A stretch of DNA of 64,000 nucleotides, from the NCBI GenBank assembly GCA_044229975.1, contig JBGARZ010000001.1, forward strand, positions 576,001 to 640,000. The letters are read 5' to 3'. Source of the stretch: Polyangiales bacterium. GTDB taxonomy: Bacteria; Myxococcota_A; Polyangia; Polyangiales; Ga0077539. The notes under the pieces are model-generated. The model saw only the letters and a program-made list of their open reading frames with translations, ran no database searches and had not been told where the DNA came from. Position 1 is the first letter of the stretch, and each line of letters opens with the position of its first letter. Made by a program: the position numbers and the translations under genes. Positions 35,252 through 44,757 of the stretch are shown piece by piece.

Positions 35252-37282
35252 GTGATCCGACTCGAGGTCGAGAGTGGCGAGGCGAAGGGGCGGGTCTTCG
35301 AGCGGGACGTGGCCGAGGTCGCGCTGGGTCGTGCGCCCAACGCCGACCTGCTCATCCCCGACTGGCACGTGTCGGGCGCGCACGGGGTCATCACGGTGGC
35401 GCCGGAGAGCGGCGTGGTGCGCTACCGCGACCTGAAGAGCACCAACGGATCACGGGTCGTACGCGCGGGGCAGACGCTCTCCGTGGACTCCACGGTGGGC
35501 TTCGAGGTCACGCTGAAGGACGGCGATCGGCTCCAGCTCGGCGACCACGACCGGCCCGTCCTGGTGGGCGTCGCGATCCAGGTGCTGCCGGCGACGACGC
35601 CGTTTCTGCCGACGACGGGCTCGATGCTGTCGGCGACGATTCCGCCGCGGGCGGATGGGATCTCGGTGCTGCGCGCGCCGACGGTTCCGACGCCGGACGA
35701 GCCCGAGGCCAAGGTGCTGGTGATGCGCCCGGTCGAGGCCGTGGCGGAGATTCAGCGCAGCGTCGAGAGCGACCCCGGGTCACTCAAGGGGCTGCTCTCG
35801 GTGCTGCGAAAGCTGACGGGTGGCATCGACCTCGACGAGGTCTTTGACGCCATCGAGCACGCGGTCTTCGAGGCGGTGCCGAAGGCGACGCACCTGACGC
35901 TGGCGCTGCGCGACGACAGCACGGAGAAGCCGACCTACGTGCCGGTGACGACGCGGGTGCGCGGGGGCACCGGGAAGCCGGGTGAGCCGGTTCCGGTGTC
36001 CAAGAGTGTCGTGAAGAAGGTGGTCGAGCAGCGGGCGGCGGTGCTCGCGGCCGACGCGATGCGCGAGGTGGGCGAGACCGCGAGCATCATGGGGGCGAAG
36101 ATCCTGTCGACGATGGGGGTTCCGCTCTGGAAGGGCGACGAGATCCTCGGGGTGTTGCAGGTGGACAACCGCGCGCAGCCCGGGATGTTCAAAGACCGCG
36201 ACCTCGACCTGCTGATGCTGGTGGGCCAGCAGGCGAGCCTGGCGGTGCACAACGCGCGGCTCTACCGGCAGGTGAAGCAGTCGGAGATGAGCGCGCGGAC
36301 GGAGAACTCCTTCCTCAAGCAGCGCGCGCAGAAGAAGTTCGAGGGGATCATCGGCGACTCGCGCGAGATGAAGTCGCTCTTCGACAAGATCGCGAAGGTG
36401 GTCGACACGCGGGTGAGCGTGCTGATCGAGGGCGAGACGGGCACCGGCAAGGAGCTCGTCGCGAGCGCGATGCACTACCAGTCGCGGCGGAAGGACCGGC
36501 TCTTCATCGCGCAGAACTGCGCGGCGCTGCCGGAGACGCTGCTGGAGAGCGAGCTCTTCGGGCACAAGAAGGGCGCGTTTACGGGCGCGACGGAGGACAA
36601 GAAGGGCCTCTTCGAGCTGGCCGACGGCGGGACGCTCTTCCTCGACGAGATCGGCGAGATGCCGCTCGGGTTGCAGGCGAAGATCCTGCGGACGTTGCAG
36701 GAGGGCGAGGTCCGGCCGCTGGGCAGCGGGCACGTGCGCAACGTGGACGTGCGCATCGTCGCAGCGACCAACCGGCGGCTCGAAGACGAGGTGTCCGCGG
36801 GGAGGTTTCGGCAGGACCTCTACTACCGGTTGCAGGTGTTTCCGGTGCGGATTCCGGCGTTGCGCGAGCGGCGCGAGGACATCCCCACGCTCGCGCAGCA
36901 CTTCCTCAAGCGGTACACGCAGGAGATGGGCAAGCCCGTCGCGGGCTTCTCGCAGCAGGCGATGGAGCTGCTGATGTCCTACGAGTTTCCGGGCAACGTG
37001 CGGGAGCTCGAAAACGAGGTGCAGCGGCTGGTGATCCAGTGCGAGCCGAGCGGGTACGTGATGGCCGAGCACCTGTCGCCGCGCATCCGCAACATCGAGG
37101 GCCTGCTCGATCGCATCCGTCCGCCGCGCGGGACGCTCAAGGACATGATGGAGCACATCGAGAAGTGGATGCTCATCGAGGCGCTGCGCGAGCACGGCAA
37201 CAACAAGAGCGCGACCGCGAAGACGCTGGGCATCACCCGCGAGGGCCTGCACAAGAAGCTCAAGGGCTACGGCATCAGCTGA
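35252..37282 (+). CDS. FHA-GAF-sigma54 enhancer-binding protein (Fis HTH)
   Basis: FHA GR..VSGAH..STNG; GAF domain; GETGTGKE, GAFTGA, LFLDEI, FRQDLYYRL, PGNVREL; HTH. Confidence 0.95.
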   Translation: MIRLEVESGEAKGRVFERDVAEVALGRAPNADLLIPDWHVSGAHGVITVAPESGVVRYRDLKSTNGSRVVRAGQTLSVDSTVGFEVTLKDGDRLQLGDHDRPVLVGVAIQVLPATTPFLPTTGSMLSATIPPRADGISVLRAPTVPTPDEPEAKVLVMRPVEAVAEIQRSVESDPGSLKGLLSVLRKLTGGIDLDEVFDAIEHAVFEAVPKATHLTLALRDDSTEKPTYVPVTTRVRGGTGKPGEPVPVSKSVVKKVVEQRAAVLAADAMREVGETASIMGAKILSTMGVPLWKGDEILGVLQVDNRAQPGMFKDRDLDLLMLVGQQASLAVHNARLYRQVKQSEMSARTENSFLKQRAQKKFEGIIGDSREMKSLFDKIAKVVDTRVSVLIEGETGTGKELVASAMHYQSRRKDRLFIAQNCAALPETLLESELFGHKKGAFTGATEDKKGLFELADGGTLFLDEIGEMPLGLQAKILRTLQEGEVRPLGSGHVRNVDVRIVAATNRRLEDEVSAGRFRQDLYYRLQVFPVRIPALRERREDIPTLAQHFLKRYTQEMGKPVAGFSQQAMELLMSYEFPGNVRELENEVQRLVIQCEPSGYVMAEHLSPRIRNIEGLLDRIRPPRGTLKDMMEHIEKWMLIEALREHGNNKSATAKTLGITREGLHKKLKGYGIS

Positions 37283-37289
37283 GCGGGGC

Positions 37290-37985
37290 CTACTCTTCGG
37301 GCGTCGCAGGGATGGTCGCCATCCTCGCTTCGATGACGTCCCTCGACGGATCGTTGACCTGCATCGCGTCGAGCCAGCGGGCGCGCGGCACGGGGCGGTC
37401 GCGGAGCCATTGAAGCGCACGAGGCCAGGCGCGCTCGACCGAAGGTCCATAGGCCGCGCGTGCCTTGCTCCAGGCGGCCTCGGGAAGATTGCCGAGGGTG
37501 TGCTCCAGCACCAGCAGGTCGATGACGTCGCGCCCCATGGTGGCGTCGTCCCAGAGGCGGTCTTCGTTGGCGAGGAGCTTCTCTGCCACGAGGTCGACGT
37601 CGTCGAGCCGCGCGACGGGCAGCGCGGGGTCGTCGGTTCCGACGAGGTCGATGCGCCCTTCGCTGACGATCTCCAGCTTGACGGGCGCGCCATCGACGTC
37701 GACCGCCATCCGGATGCCGTAGCGGTCGACGCGTGGCTCGCGCACGAGCGCAACGGGGGCGCGGAAGAGCCCACGCGCCCCGTCGTGATGGACGCGCTCG
37801 CGCAGCAGTCGGTAGCCGTCGCGCGACGAGCAGAGGAAGTCGACGTCGCGGGAGACGCGAAACTCCCCGCAGCGGAGCGACACCGCGGACCCGCCACCAA
37901 ACCAGCAGCCCGCGGCGCGGAAGAGGTCGGCGTCGACGAGGTCGAGCAGCGCGACGACGCGTCGGTTCTCGGGGCGCTCAGCCAA
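37290..37985 (-). CDS. AbiEii/AbiGii-family nucleotidyltransferase toxin
   Basis: FGGGSAV..RVSRDVDF..DRYGIR..KLEIV..EKLLAN.DR..RD.IDL; TTG start overlaps upstream gene. Confidence 0.8.
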   Translation of the reverse strand: MAERPENRRVVALLDLVDADLFRAAGCWFGGGSAVSLRCGEFRVSRDVDFLCSSRDGYRLLRERVHHDGARGLFRAPVALVREPRVDRYGIRMAVDVDGAPVKLEIVSEGRIDLVGTDDPALPVARLDDVDLVAEKLLANEDRLWDDATMGRDVIDLLVLEHTLGNLPEAAWSKARAAYGPSVERAWPRALQWLRDRPVPRARWLDAMQVNDPSRDVIEARMATIPATPEE

Positions 37986-38175
37986 GGAAGACTCCGCGGC
38001 CGATGCGGGCGACGAGGTCATCGAAGAAGCGCCGCTCATACGGGGTCATCCTGGCGGGCTCGACCCATTGCCGGTTGGCCTCGTAGAGGGCGAGGGCCTC
38101 CTCCTCGGAGATCTCGTCGGACGAGCGGCTCCAGAGAAGGAAACGAAGCTGGGGGAGGTCGTCGCCGACGCGCAT
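37978..38175 (-). CDS. Small putative antitoxin partner of AbiEii
   Basis: 65 aa, PQLRFLLW..EEALALYEANRQWV; overlaps the toxin start. Confidence 0.65.
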   Translation of the reverse strand: MRVGDDLPQLRFLLWSRSSDEISEEEALALYEANRQWVEPARMTPYERRFFDDLVARIGRGVFLG

Positions 38176-38221
38176 GATGGGCGGCGGAGAGTATAGACTC
38201 GGCCACGAGGAGCGAACGACG

Positions 38222-39289
38222 TTGATCAAGGAGTTCACGGCGCAGGGTTACGGGTGCCTATCGGGCACGACAGTGAGAGATCTCACTCCGTTGCATGCGT
38301 TCATCGGTCCCAACGACAGCGGAAAGAGCACGTTGTTGAAGGCAGTGCGAGCGCTGTGCATCGCCGCAAGTCGGACAGAAGGGCTGGCTCGCACTCCGCT
38401 GGTGTCGGATGCCCTCGTGCAAGCGGCTCCGCGTACCAACCGCCCGCTATCGCTTCGAGCCAGCATCGCGAGTGGCGAGCAATACAACGTCAGTTGGAGT
38501 CGCAATTGGTGGGAGTCGAGAGTCCACGGGACCAGCCATCAGAACGGTGACACCGACGAAGCAAGTCTGCTTTTGCGTCAGAGGCAGCCGGGCATCGATG
38601 ACCCTTTGCTGCTCGCACTCTCTGGGGTCCGCATGGTGCGCCTGCGGCCGGAGGATCTTCGGCAAGCAACTCCGCTGTTGGATGGCGACTTGCTGTTGGA
38701 ATTCCGCAACGAACGTGGTCTCGGCCTTGGTGCCGTGCTCGACGCCGTCCGTGACCGAAATGAAGACGCATGGAGAGCGTTGCTCGAAGACGTGAGGGCT
38801 CACTTTCCAAACGTTCGTCGCCTTCAGTTGCAGGTCCATGGGGACGGGAAGACCGTCGCTGCTGAGCTCCTCGACGGGACCCGCGTTGGAGTCGACGAAC
38901 TCAGCGAGGGTTTCCTCTACTACCTCGCGTTCGCGGCGATGCGACACCTCGACCCGGTGGCCATTCTCTGCGTCGAAGAACCAGAGAACGGCCTGCACCC
39001 CGCACGCATCCGCGAGGTCATGGGCATCCTCCGCGCGATCAGCGCAGCGGGCACGCAGGTGCTGCTCACTACGCACAGCCCCCTTCTCGTGAACGAGCTG
39101 TTGCCGACCGAGGTGACCGTACTCACACGGCCGAAGGACGGTGGAACTGTCGCGACGCGAATGGCCGACATCCCGCTCTACCGCGAGCGCATCGAGAGGG
39201 ATGCGTTGATGCCCGGCGAGTTCTGGGCGAGCTACTGTGACGGGAAGTTCGAGGAGCCGATGCTCAAACCAACCCCACTGGAGAGCTGA
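38222..39289 (+). CDS. ABC/AAA_21-type ATPase (soluble, defence-associated type)
   Basis: GPNDSGKST, LSEG, CVEEPENGLHP, TTHSP; GAGGAG RBS before TTG; no TM helices. Confidence 0.88.
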   Translation: MIKEFTAQGYGCLSGTTVRDLTPLHAFIGPNDSGKSTLLKAVRALCIAASRTEGLARTPLVSDALVQAAPRTNRPLSLRASIASGEQYNVSWSRNWWESRVHGTSHQNGDTDEASLLLRQRQPGIDDPLLLALSGVRMVRLRPEDLRQATPLLDGDLLLEFRNERGLGLGAVLDAVRDRNEDAWRALLEDVRAHFPNVRRLQLQVHGDGKTVAAELLDGTRVGVDELSEGFLYYLAFAAMRHLDPVAILCVEEPENGLHPARIREVMGILRAISAAGTQVLLTTHSPLLVNELLPTEVTVLTRPKDGGTVATRMADIPLYRERIERDALMPGEFWASYCDGKFEEPMLKPTPLES

Positions 39290-39291
39290 CC

Positions 39292-39696
39292 GTGCAGACC
39301 ACCGTCGAAAGCATCGCCAACGAGTGGAAGCGGAAGCGACTCCGTCTCGGAGAGGAGCGTTCGCCGATCAAGCGCATGTCCATTGTCGCAGCGGTCAATG
39401 AGCTCGCGTCTCTTGGTAGCGCTGAGCGTGAAGCGAAGGCATTGGAGTTCTTGGTGGACGTCATCGACTCTGCGCTTGAGGTGGGAGACTACGGTTGGTG
39501 CGGCGACTTCCTCGACGCTCTCGACGTGTCCTCGCTACGCGACGACGTCGCGCTCTCGCCCTTGGTGGGAACCTTCATCGCTCGATCGCCTCTGCGCGAT
39601 CCGAGAGAACGCTACGCTGACCGTTTGCGGAGGGTGTTGACCAGGCGAGCCTGGGCGCCCACCGAGATCGCGCACGCCATCGACGATCTGATGTAG
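39292..39696 (+). CDS. Hypothetical small helical protein
   Basis: 134 aa, 2 nt after ATPase stop, same AT-richer composition. Confidence 0.65.
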   Translation: MQTTVESIANEWKRKRLRLGEERSPIKRMSIVAAVNELASLGSAEREAKALEFLVDVIDSALEVGDYGWCGDFLDALDVSSLRDDVALSPLVGTFIARSPLRDPRERYADRLRRVLTRRAWAPTEIAHAIDDLM

Positions 39697-39704
39697 CTCG
39701 ACTC

Positions 39705-40388
39705 GTGGACCTCGATCGCATCAAGACCGGCGAGGAAGTCACCGCGACCTTTGGTCGCGAAGGGCAGCCTACGTTCGCCCTGTGGTTGCAGTGCGATGGA
39801 TTTGCCGGTCCCTGGCACATGGGCGTCGCGTTTCGTGAGGTCGGACGATCGACGATCACTCGACTGGAGCAACTCGCCCACGGCCTGCGGCTTGGTCAGA
39901 ACATCGACCCCGGCACACGCTGGTGGATCTTCCTGCCGACCGACCGCGCGACTCGCGTCCGCGTCGGAAACGCCATGCGGCGATTGCGGCGCGCTGCCGC
40001 GCAACAGCATCCACTCCCATATGGCTGCCTCTACTCGGGCGGACTCATCGACGATGCGGGTATGTACCAAGCCGCTCCGGAGGAGATGGGCCTGATTTGC
40101 GTGAGCCTCGTGCTCGCTGTCTTCGAGGGCGTCGGCTGGCCGCTCGTCGACCGATCGACTTGGATCGCGCGCGAACTCCCCGAAGCGCTCGTGACGGCCT
40201 TGCGCCACGATCTCCCCGACGTCGAGTACGAGCGCTTCCTCGCCGACCAGAGCCTCCTCGTGCTTCCTTCGGAAGTCGCTGGCGCCTGCCTCTTCACGCT
40301 TCCACGCGTCCCACTTTCGCAGGCCCGTGTCGGCGCCGAGCACTTCGAAGAGCAAGCCCGCCTTCGCGCGACGACCACCGCCTCCTGA
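39705..40388 (+). CDS. Hypothetical protein, possible permuted papain/NlpC-P60-like fold
   Basis: HMGV (His) ... LPYG ... GLICVSLV (Cys) ... LPSEV order; 8 nt after upstream stop. Confidence 0.55.
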   Translation: MDLDRIKTGEEVTATFGREGQPTFALWLQCDGFAGPWHMGVAFREVGRSTITRLEQLAHGLRLGQNIDPGTRWWIFLPTDRATRVRVGNAMRRLRRAAAQQHPLPYGCLYSGGLIDDAGMYQAAPEEMGLICVSLVLAVFEGVGWPLVDRSTWIARELPEALVTALRHDLPDVEYERFLADQSLLVLPSEVAGACLFTLPRVPLSQARVGAEHFEEQARLRATTTAS

Positions 40389-40444
40389 CGCCCCTCTGCC
40401 AGATACCTCCGCCCCTCCCCGCGCCGTCGATACACTCCCTCCCC

Positions 40445-42166
40445 ATGCGCGTCCGATCGCCATGGCCCACCTTCCTTCTCCTCTCGGCCCTGCTCTCCGC
40501 CTGTGACACCGGCCGCTCGGTCGTCGGCGGCCCCCTCCTCGACGTGCCCGATTCGCTCGACGCCCCCGACGTCCCCTCCCCCCTCGATGCGCCCGACGTG
40601 CCTGCCCCCATCGACACGCCCGACGTCCCCGACGTCCCGCCCGCGCCCATCGACCTCCCGCCCCTCCGCTGCACCGCCGACGCCGACTGCGTCGGCAGCG
40701 CCGCCGGGCCCGCCTGCGACATCCCGTCGGGCCTTTGCGTCGCCTGCACCGCCGCCTCCGATCGTTGCCCCGCTGGCCAGTACTGCGTCGTCTCCATGCA
40801 CCGCTGCGCCGCCGGCTGCCGCGACGACGCCGCGTGCGCCTCCGCCTCCGACGCCGGCGTCTCCGCCACCCGCTGCGACCCCACCAGCCACGCCTGCGTC
40901 GCGTGCCTCACCGACGCCCACTGCCCCACCGGAACCCTCTGCGTCGGCAACACCTGCGTCGTCGGCTGCACCTCCTCCGATCGTTGCCCCACCGGCCACG
41001 CGTGCTGCTCCGGCGCCTGCGTCGACCCGCAGTCCAACGTCGCCCACTGCGGCGCCTGCGACCGCGTCTGCTCCGTCCCCAACGGCTCGCCCGCGTGCCG
41101 CAACGCCCTCTGCGCCGTCGGCGCGTGCACCGCTCCCTTCGCCGACTGCGATGGCCTCCCCTCCAACGGATGCGAGGTCGACACCGCCTCCTCGGCCGAC
41201 CACTGCGGCGCCTGCAACCGCCCCTGCGCCGCGCGACCGCACGCCACCGCGCGCTGCTCAGGCGCAGCCTGCGCGTACACCTGCGAGACCGGCTTCGCTG
41301 ACTGCGACGGCGACACCACCAACGGCTGCGAGGCCGACACGCGCACCAGCACCGACCACTGCGGCGCCTGCACCAACCGCTGCGCCATCCCCAACGCGAC
41401 GGCCGCCTGCGTCGCCGGGAGCTGCGCCATCGCCGCGTGCACCACCGGCCGCGCCAACTGCAACGCCGACCTCACCGACGGCTGCGAGGCCGCCACCGCC
41501 ACCGACGCCACCCACTGCGGCGCCTGCGGAACCGTCTGCCCCGAGGTCGGCGGCGCCCGTCGGTGCATCGCGGGGAGCTGCTCGGCCCGGAACTGCGCCG
41601 CAGTGCTCTCGGCGCTCCCCGGAGCGACGAGCGGACCGTACCTCCTCGACCTCGACGGCGACGGACCGAGCGTCGCGCGCATCTTCTCCTGCGACATGCG
41701 CGATGGGGGATGGACCATCGTGGCCAACCAGGTTCCGGCGGAGCTGCTCGCGGACGTGAACGACACCGTCGGGGAGACGGTGTTTGGTCAGCTCGATCAC
41801 TCGTGGCGGCTGGGCAACCCGGACATCACCCGCGTGCGTCCGACCGTCGCGTGGCGCCTCTCCGACGAGCTGACCAACGCGTACGTGGTGCCCGCGTGCA
41901 TCGTCGACTGGAGCCGCAACTACACCGACGTGATGTTCGCGACCGAGTGCACCATCGGGTACACGACCCCGGCGCTCAACGTCGTCCTCAACGGCGCGTG
42001 GGTCTACTGCTCCGCCCGCGGCATCGGCATCAACAACACGGCCCGCCACTGCTCCATCCGCATGAACGAAGGCGGCTTCGGGCGAGCCGGCGGAGCGCTC
42101 GCCAACGGGCGCGCCTACACCTGCGACTACAACACCGTGCGACGCGTCTCGCTCGCGTTTCGCTGA
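40445..42166 (+). CDS. Cys-rich lipoprotein with fibrinogen-like (CDM..GGWT) C-terminal domain
   Basis: Lipobox LLSAC; DVP linker; DCDG..NGCE..HCGAC repeats; SGPYLLDLDG..FSCDMRDGGWT. Confidence 0.8.
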   Translation: MRVRSPWPTFLLLSALLSACDTGRSVVGGPLLDVPDSLDAPDVPSPLDAPDVPAPIDTPDVPDVPPAPIDLPPLRCTADADCVGSAAGPACDIPSGLCVACTAASDRCPAGQYCVVSMHRCAAGCRDDAACASASDAGVSATRCDPTSHACVACLTDAHCPTGTLCVGNTCVVGCTSSDRCPTGHACCSGACVDPQSNVAHCGACDRVCSVPNGSPACRNALCAVGACTAPFADCDGLPSNGCEVDTASSADHCGACNRPCAARPHATARCSGAACAYTCETGFADCDGDTTNGCEADTRTSTDHCGACTNRCAIPNATAACVAGSCAIAACTTGRANCNADLTDGCEAATATDATHCGACGTVCPEVGGARRCIAGSCSARNCAAVLSALPGATSGPYLLDLDGDGPSVARIFSCDMRDGGWTIVANQVPAELLADVNDTVGETVFGQLDHSWRLGNPDITRVRPTVAWRLSDELTNAYVVPACIVDWSRNYTDVMFATECTIGYTTPALNVVLNGAWVYCSARGIGINNTARHCSIRMNEGGFGRAGGALANGRAYTCDYNTVRRVSLAFR

Positions 42167-42170
42167 GCGA

Positions 42171-42740
42171 TCAGAAGGTGACGGGGAAGCCCACGCTGCG
42201 CGGCTCGGTGCCCGGCGACGGGAAGGCCATGCCCCGGAAGGCCGCCATCAGGCACGCGTCGGGGGAGGTGCCGGCCTCTTGCGCCGCGCTCACCTGGGTG
42301 ACCTCACCCGCCGGGCTGATGATGAAGGTGACGTCCGTTGGCGACGCGGCGCCCGCCGCAGCGAGGCAGCGCCCGAGCGCCGGGATCAGCGGCCGCACCA
42401 TGTTGGCGATGTCGATGCCGTAGTCACCGCTCGACGCCGGGAAGCGGTTGTTGCCGCGCGTCACGGGCACGTCGCGATGCGCCTCCGCGTCGTAGTCGCG
42501 CTCGCTGTACGTCGGCATCGTCCACACGAAGACGTCGGCGGCCCCGGCGTCGATCGACGCGGGCGACGGGGGTGGCGTCGTCGGCGTCGCGACCCGCGTA
42601 GGCGCGGGCGTCGGTCGGGGAGTGGATGGTCGACGGAGCTGCGTGGCGAAGAGGAGCACGCCCACGGTGGTGACGCCGAGTCCGACCATCACCCTCCGCT
42701 CAATGGAACCGCGCTGCGACGAGTCTCGACGAGGGCTCAT
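42171..42740 (-). CDS. Membrane-anchored protein with TonB-C/AgmX-like C-terminal domain
   Basis: TM helix, Pro linker, C..FIISPAGEV..C....FPSP..FPVTF. Confidence 0.55.
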   Translation of the reverse strand: MSPRRDSSQRGSIERRVMVGLGVTTVGVLLFATQLRRPSTPRPTPAPTRVATPTTPPPSPASIDAGAADVFVWTMPTYSERDYDAEAHRDVPVTRGNNRFPASSGDYGIDIANMVRPLIPALGRCLAAAGAASPTDVTFIISPAGEVTQVSAAQEAGTSPDACLMAAFRGMAFPSPGTEPRSVGFPVTF

Positions 42741-42772
42741 GGAGTGGAGCGCACACTACTACGCCCCATCGG

Positions 42773-43345
42773 TCACGGCGATGAGGGCAGGCTGCCGCGA
42801 AGCATCACGAACACCAGCACCCCGGTGATCGAGACGTAGAGCCAGATGGGCGCGAGCCAGCGGGTGACCTTCCGGTGCCGCGCGAACTGCCGCCGGTAGG
42901 CGAAGTAGAAGGCCACCAGCGCCATCGGCACCACCGGCATGGAGAGCAGCACGTGGCTCGCCAGCAGCAGGAGGTAGGCGACCTTCATCGGCCCGTGACC
43001 GGCGTAGCGCGTGTCGCCGTGGACGTAGTGATAGGTCAGGTAGCTCACCAGAAAGAGCGCCGACGCCGCGAAGGCCCCGATCATCAGGAACTTGTGGACC
43101 CGCTGCTGCTTGCGGCGGATGGCCACCCAGCCCGCGAGCAGGAGCGTGGCCGCGGTGGCGTTGAGGCACGCGTTGAGAGCCGGGAGGAAGCGCAGGTCGA
43201 CGCCCCCCGCACCGCCGCGCCGGATGAGCAGCAGCCACGCGATGAACGCGAGCGCGGCTGCCGAAACGACGCCCGTGAACGCGAAGAACGCCCGGTCAGG
43301 AGCGGTGGAGTTTTCGGTGGGTCCGGTCTCGGCGAGGGGTTCCAT
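42773..43345 (-). CDS. DUF420 family membrane protein
   Basis: LPALNACLN, HKFLM, LFLVSYLTYH, SH..L, HRKV.RW..PIWLYVSITG. Confidence 0.85.
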   Translation of the reverse strand: MEPLAETGPTENSTAPDRAFFAFTGVVSAAALAFIAWLLLIRRGGAGGVDLRFLPALNACLNATAATLLLAGWVAIRRKQQRVHKFLMIGAFAASALFLVSYLTYHYVHGDTRYAGHGPMKVAYLLLLASHVLLSMPVVPMALVAFYFAYRRQFARHRKVTRWLAPIWLYVSITGVLVFVMLRGSLPSSP

Positions 43346-43395
43346 GGCGGGGCGCCTTATAGGCCCGCTCGCGCGGCGAGAACAGACCGCGACCG

Positions 43396-44757
43396 TCAGG
43401 TCATCCGCCGCCACCAGCACGCCACGCGCTGCCACCGGGTCATCGGCGCGCGCACCGCCTCGTAGGCCCGCACCGCGTGTTCCTCCAACGCATCCACCAC
43501 CCCGGCCGGGATGCCCAGACCAAAGCGCACCCGATCGACCTCGGCCGCCGCCGCCACCAGCTCGGGGATGGGCCCGAGCCCCTTGGCCTCGCGCTGCGCG
43601 TTGACCTTCGCCACCAGCTCATCGACCGTGTCGCCCGGCAACACCCGGATGCCCACGTCGGCCAGCGCGACCGTCACGTAGTCCCACCGCCGGAGCGCCC
43701 GCTTGGTGGGCTCGTCCGCTCGTCCGCCGTGCCGCATGCGACGCAGCCGCCACCACCGACGCACCGGCCGGTTGAGCAGAAACAAGGGCACCAGCGGAAG
43801 CACGCCGCCCGCCTGTTCGCCCGCCTTCCGCGCCGCGCGCCGCAGCGCCTCGCGCAGCACGTGGGCGTCGGGCCGCGGACGCCCCCGCGTCTCGTGATCG
43901 GGCTCGTTGTCGTTGGCGGGACGACCCGGCGTGCGAGGGTCGCTCGCTCCGTGACCGTCGCGGTGTCCCTCCCGAGGCGCGGTGCGCCAGAGGTACGGCG
44001 CGATCCACGCGGTGGTCATCGTCGCCACGAGCGCGAGCAGCACCAGGGCCAGCGCGCCGCGGCGGGTCAAGCGCAGCGCCTCGCCGCGGTGGTGGCGGGT
44101 GAGCATGGTGGGGGAGTCTGTTCCGCCGGCCGACCACACGGCGCTGTGGTAGCGCGCCTGACCCGCCAGAAAGGCGAAGTACAACCCCACGAGCGCGCCG
44201 AGGAGGGCGAGCGCCGTCGGGTCCCACACGCCCTCCCGGGCGCCGGTCTCCCAGCGACGCACGCCGTCGTGCTGCTGGATGACCGTGAGCATCGCGCCGA
44301 CCCAGCACACCGCCGGCACCCACAGCGTCGTCAGCAGCGAGCGCCGTTGCAGCGCCGCGTGCCCGCAGCTCACGCCCGTGAGGAAGGCGACGACGCCGCC
44401 CGCGAGCTGAGGGCCCGCCGCGATGGCCACCGTGCACGACATCGCGATGGCGAACCACACGCCCGACTGCACCACCCAGGCCCGCAGTCGCAGCAGCGCG
44501 AGGAGGTTGCCCAGCGCCACGCCCACGGTGCTCGCGCCCACCAGCACGGGCAGCAGCACCAGAAACTCCTGGTCGGCGCCCCAGTAGCGAAAAGCAACTC
44601 CGAGCAGCGCGACGTAGCCCGACACCAGCAGGAGCCAGTACGTGGCGAGCAGCCAGCGGGCGCGCGAGAAGGCCTCCGACAGCGGCTCCCGGGGTGATCC
44701 ACCGCGCCACCAGGGCGGCAGGATCATCGGGCGGCGGAGGTCGTCGGCGGGGGTCAC
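43396..44757 (-). CDS. Multi-pass membrane protein (possible DUF4129-like C-terminus)
   Basis: About 8 TM segments; GTGA-coupled to pyk. Confidence 0.6.
   Translation of the reverse strand: MTPADDLRRPMILPPWWRGGSPREPLSEAFSRARWLLATYWLLLVSGYVALLGVAFRYWGADQEFLVLLPVLVGASTVGVALGNLLALLRLRAWVVQSGVWFAIAMSCTVAIAAGPQLAGGVVAFLTGVSCGHAALQRRSLLTTLWVPAVCWVGAMLTVIQQHDGVRRWETGAREGVWDPTALALLGALVGLYFAFLAGQARYHSAVWSAGGTDSPTMLTRHHRGEALRLTRRGALALVLLALVATMTTAWIAPYLWRTAPREGHRDGHGASDPRTPGRPANDNEPDHETRGRPRPDAHVLREALRRAARKAGEQAGGVLPLVPLFLLNRPVRRWWRLRRMRHGGRADEPTKRALRRWDYVTVALADVGIRVLPGDTVDELVAKVNAQREAKGLGPIPELVAAAAEVDRVRFGLGIPAGVVDALEEHAVRAYEAVRAPMTRWQRVACWWRRMT

Noticed and set aside
37290..40388. Prophage or integrative element
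   Set aside because: No integrase, phage genes, tRNA target or flanking direct repeats seen
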